From NCBI GenBank assembly GCA_036172245.1, contig JAYWIR010000010.1, positions 4,464,001 through 4,528,000 of the forward strand: 64,000 nt of DNA. Reading direction: 5' to 3'. Below the pieces are notes generated by a model. The model made no database searches, had not been told where the DNA came from, and saw only the letters and a program-made list of their open reading frames with translations. The stretch is from Raillietiella orientalis (Eukaryota). A program made the translations under genes and the position numbers. Below are positions 62,101 to 64,000 of this stretch, piece by piece (position 1 is the first letter of the stretch; every line of letters begins with the position of its first letter).

Positions 62101-63399
62101 GACTAAACATCCCAATGAAGGCCAAGGATGAACCGGTCGGAAGGCAGAGCGGGATCAGCGGAATAGGAAGGTGCTTTCCAAGACGAAGATAAACTCGCGA
62201 CCCTCAAGAGATCGTTTGACTCCAAGAGCCTCACCCGATGTCAGGCGCTCGTAGCAAAACCAGTGGGCGCCACTCACGGAGCCTCGGAGCAAGCGAGCAA
62301 ACAGGAGTCATCGAGAGTGTCCGAATTCCGAGCCGGCCATGATGAAAGCGCAAGGTCTCAGGGAACGGGCGGAATGTGAGGGAGACACCATCGTCGTCCT
62401 GCTCGGTTTCTCTTCTGGAAGGGTGGGTCGGAGGGTTTCCCCCCCGGAAGGGTGAGGGTGAGTCTCATGGCTGCTGGTGCTCAATGTTTGTACGTCGGTC
62501 CCAGCTAAGTGCATCACGAAGATCTGTGCAGAGTACGACGCTGGTAGGTGTAAATAATTGCAAGAGTTTGTATGCAGCACGAAAAAAAGGGGGGAGGGGG
62601 AGATGAGCAAGCAGAAGAAGAGAGGGAGCCACTATAAAATTAAATAATGTTTAACTTGAAAGATTAATGAATGGATACAGATGTAAACTGCGTGACGACG
62701 GGAAAGCAAGATGTAGCGGTGCTTCTGGGAAGCGCGAAAATCCTGCATGGGTCGTAAGAGGTTTCCCATCCAGTGTAAATAAAGAAGGAAGGACTGCTGC
62801 AACAAATGGTAGGGCCATCCAAAGAAGTTTATGATAGGAAATGCCAGATGAGTGGGGAGAGGAGACAGGTCGAGAGCTGCAGAATGTATGGAAAGGTGGG
62901 ATACGTAAATATTTATGACGAAATGGGCCTTCGCCATCTTGGGGGATGGCGGAGAGTGCTGGTACGATAGGCAGAAATGGCGGATCCTAGACGGGGGTCT
63001 CGCGCGCGGCGTGTCGTCGACGCTCGCGCGCGTGCCTGGAGCAGCAGCAGCAAAACATATCTTGAGATGCACCCCGCGATCATCTCTGCATCTGTAAATA
63101 AAAGACGGGGAAGGGGGAGAGGCAACGCCGCGAGCGCTCGCACGATCCCGCTCCTGCCCGCATCGGAAGGACTCCTGACGATCGCGGTCCCGTTGAGGGA
63201 AGGGATGGCTTTCTTACCGTCGCCTCTGTAAGATGGGGCCCGTGGCGGAATCGAGGAAGCTGGAGTCTCTCCGACGCGGACGAGGCGGGGGCGAAGGGAC
63301 CGGCCCCGCTCCGCCCTTCTCACCCAAAGTGTGGGTGCTCGTGAGGCTGCCGGGTCGCCCGGCCCGTCTGAGCTCGCCGCCTTCTGGGTAGCGGCTGGG

Positions 63400-63990
63400 C
63401 TGCTCACCGAGCGCCCGGATTGACCCGCGAATTCGTCTCGGCACGAATGGTGCTTCGTTCGGGGGCGGTCGGAATGGTCATTCCAAGTGAACTCGCGCCG
63501 CGATCTTCTTCATTCTCCTGCTTGAGGTCCATTCGCCTCCTTGGGCAGGGGGCTCACAACGCTCTTTGACGCTGTTCACGCAGCCCGAGGATGAGCGTAG
63601 CTCTTCAAGCTATATGGGGGCAACCCTGGGGGGACATCTCCATGGATCCAGGAAAGTTCTGGAGGAAGGATTCCGTGTTCCTTTTACTCTCGGGAGGGAA
63701 CCTCGAAGGAATCCGCTCCTTGCTTCCTCCTCCGAAGAGGACTCCAAAAGGACGCCTCTGAAATCCTCTGAAGGTCGCTTCCCGAAGGCAGCAACGCGCC
63801 TCTTCACACTCTGGAGAGGTATCGATCCACCAGCTCCATGGCACGCAACGAGTGCTCCACTTTCACAACCGGAGGTCAACTCCGAAGGGAACCGGCTCTC
63901 CTTGATTTCTGGGAGAATCGGAGGATCCACTTCCAATCCCGACCACTCTTCGAGGGCTTCCGGTTTCTGGCTACCACCAGTTCCGTAACA
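63400..63990 (+). repeat. Dispersed repeat family C copy
   Basis: Reverse-complement homology to 23560-24110 and 33080-33500; FTLWRGIDPPAPWHA. Confidence 0.8.
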
Positions 63991-64000
63991 ACTGCACGCT

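Overview
This is eukaryotic-type, repeat-dominated DNA. I could not support any intact cellular gene, rRNA, bona fide tRNA or CRISPR array. Most of 1.8-25 kb, and scattered blocks up to 64 kb, is a nest of degenerate Tx1/L1-like non-LTR retrotransposons: gag-like ORF1 (RRM-like region + 2 CCHC knuckles) and ORF2 (APE endonuclease, RT with YADD/YVDD, C-terminal Cys/His finger). Also present are two probable hAT transposase relics (37-42 kb), two unidentified dispersed repeat families (26-30 kb, 43-44 kb), a ~100-bp tandem repeat with TGACGTCA palindromes and several near-perfect hairpins. Main observations: (i) about 11 copies end without poly(A) in a shared terminus, AATAAA-CGYCCCGG-loop-CCGGRT(GATAA), preceded by hairpins conserved in structure but not sequence; a 128-bp insertion with a 17-bp target-site duplication fixes that end; (ii) an apparently identical 1,242-bp inverted repeat whose two copies abut the same homologous codon of two diverged family members; (iii) an ORF1/ORF2 arrangement with twin-priming geometry. 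All assignments come from manual translation and alignment; relic boundaries are approximate and no database search was run.
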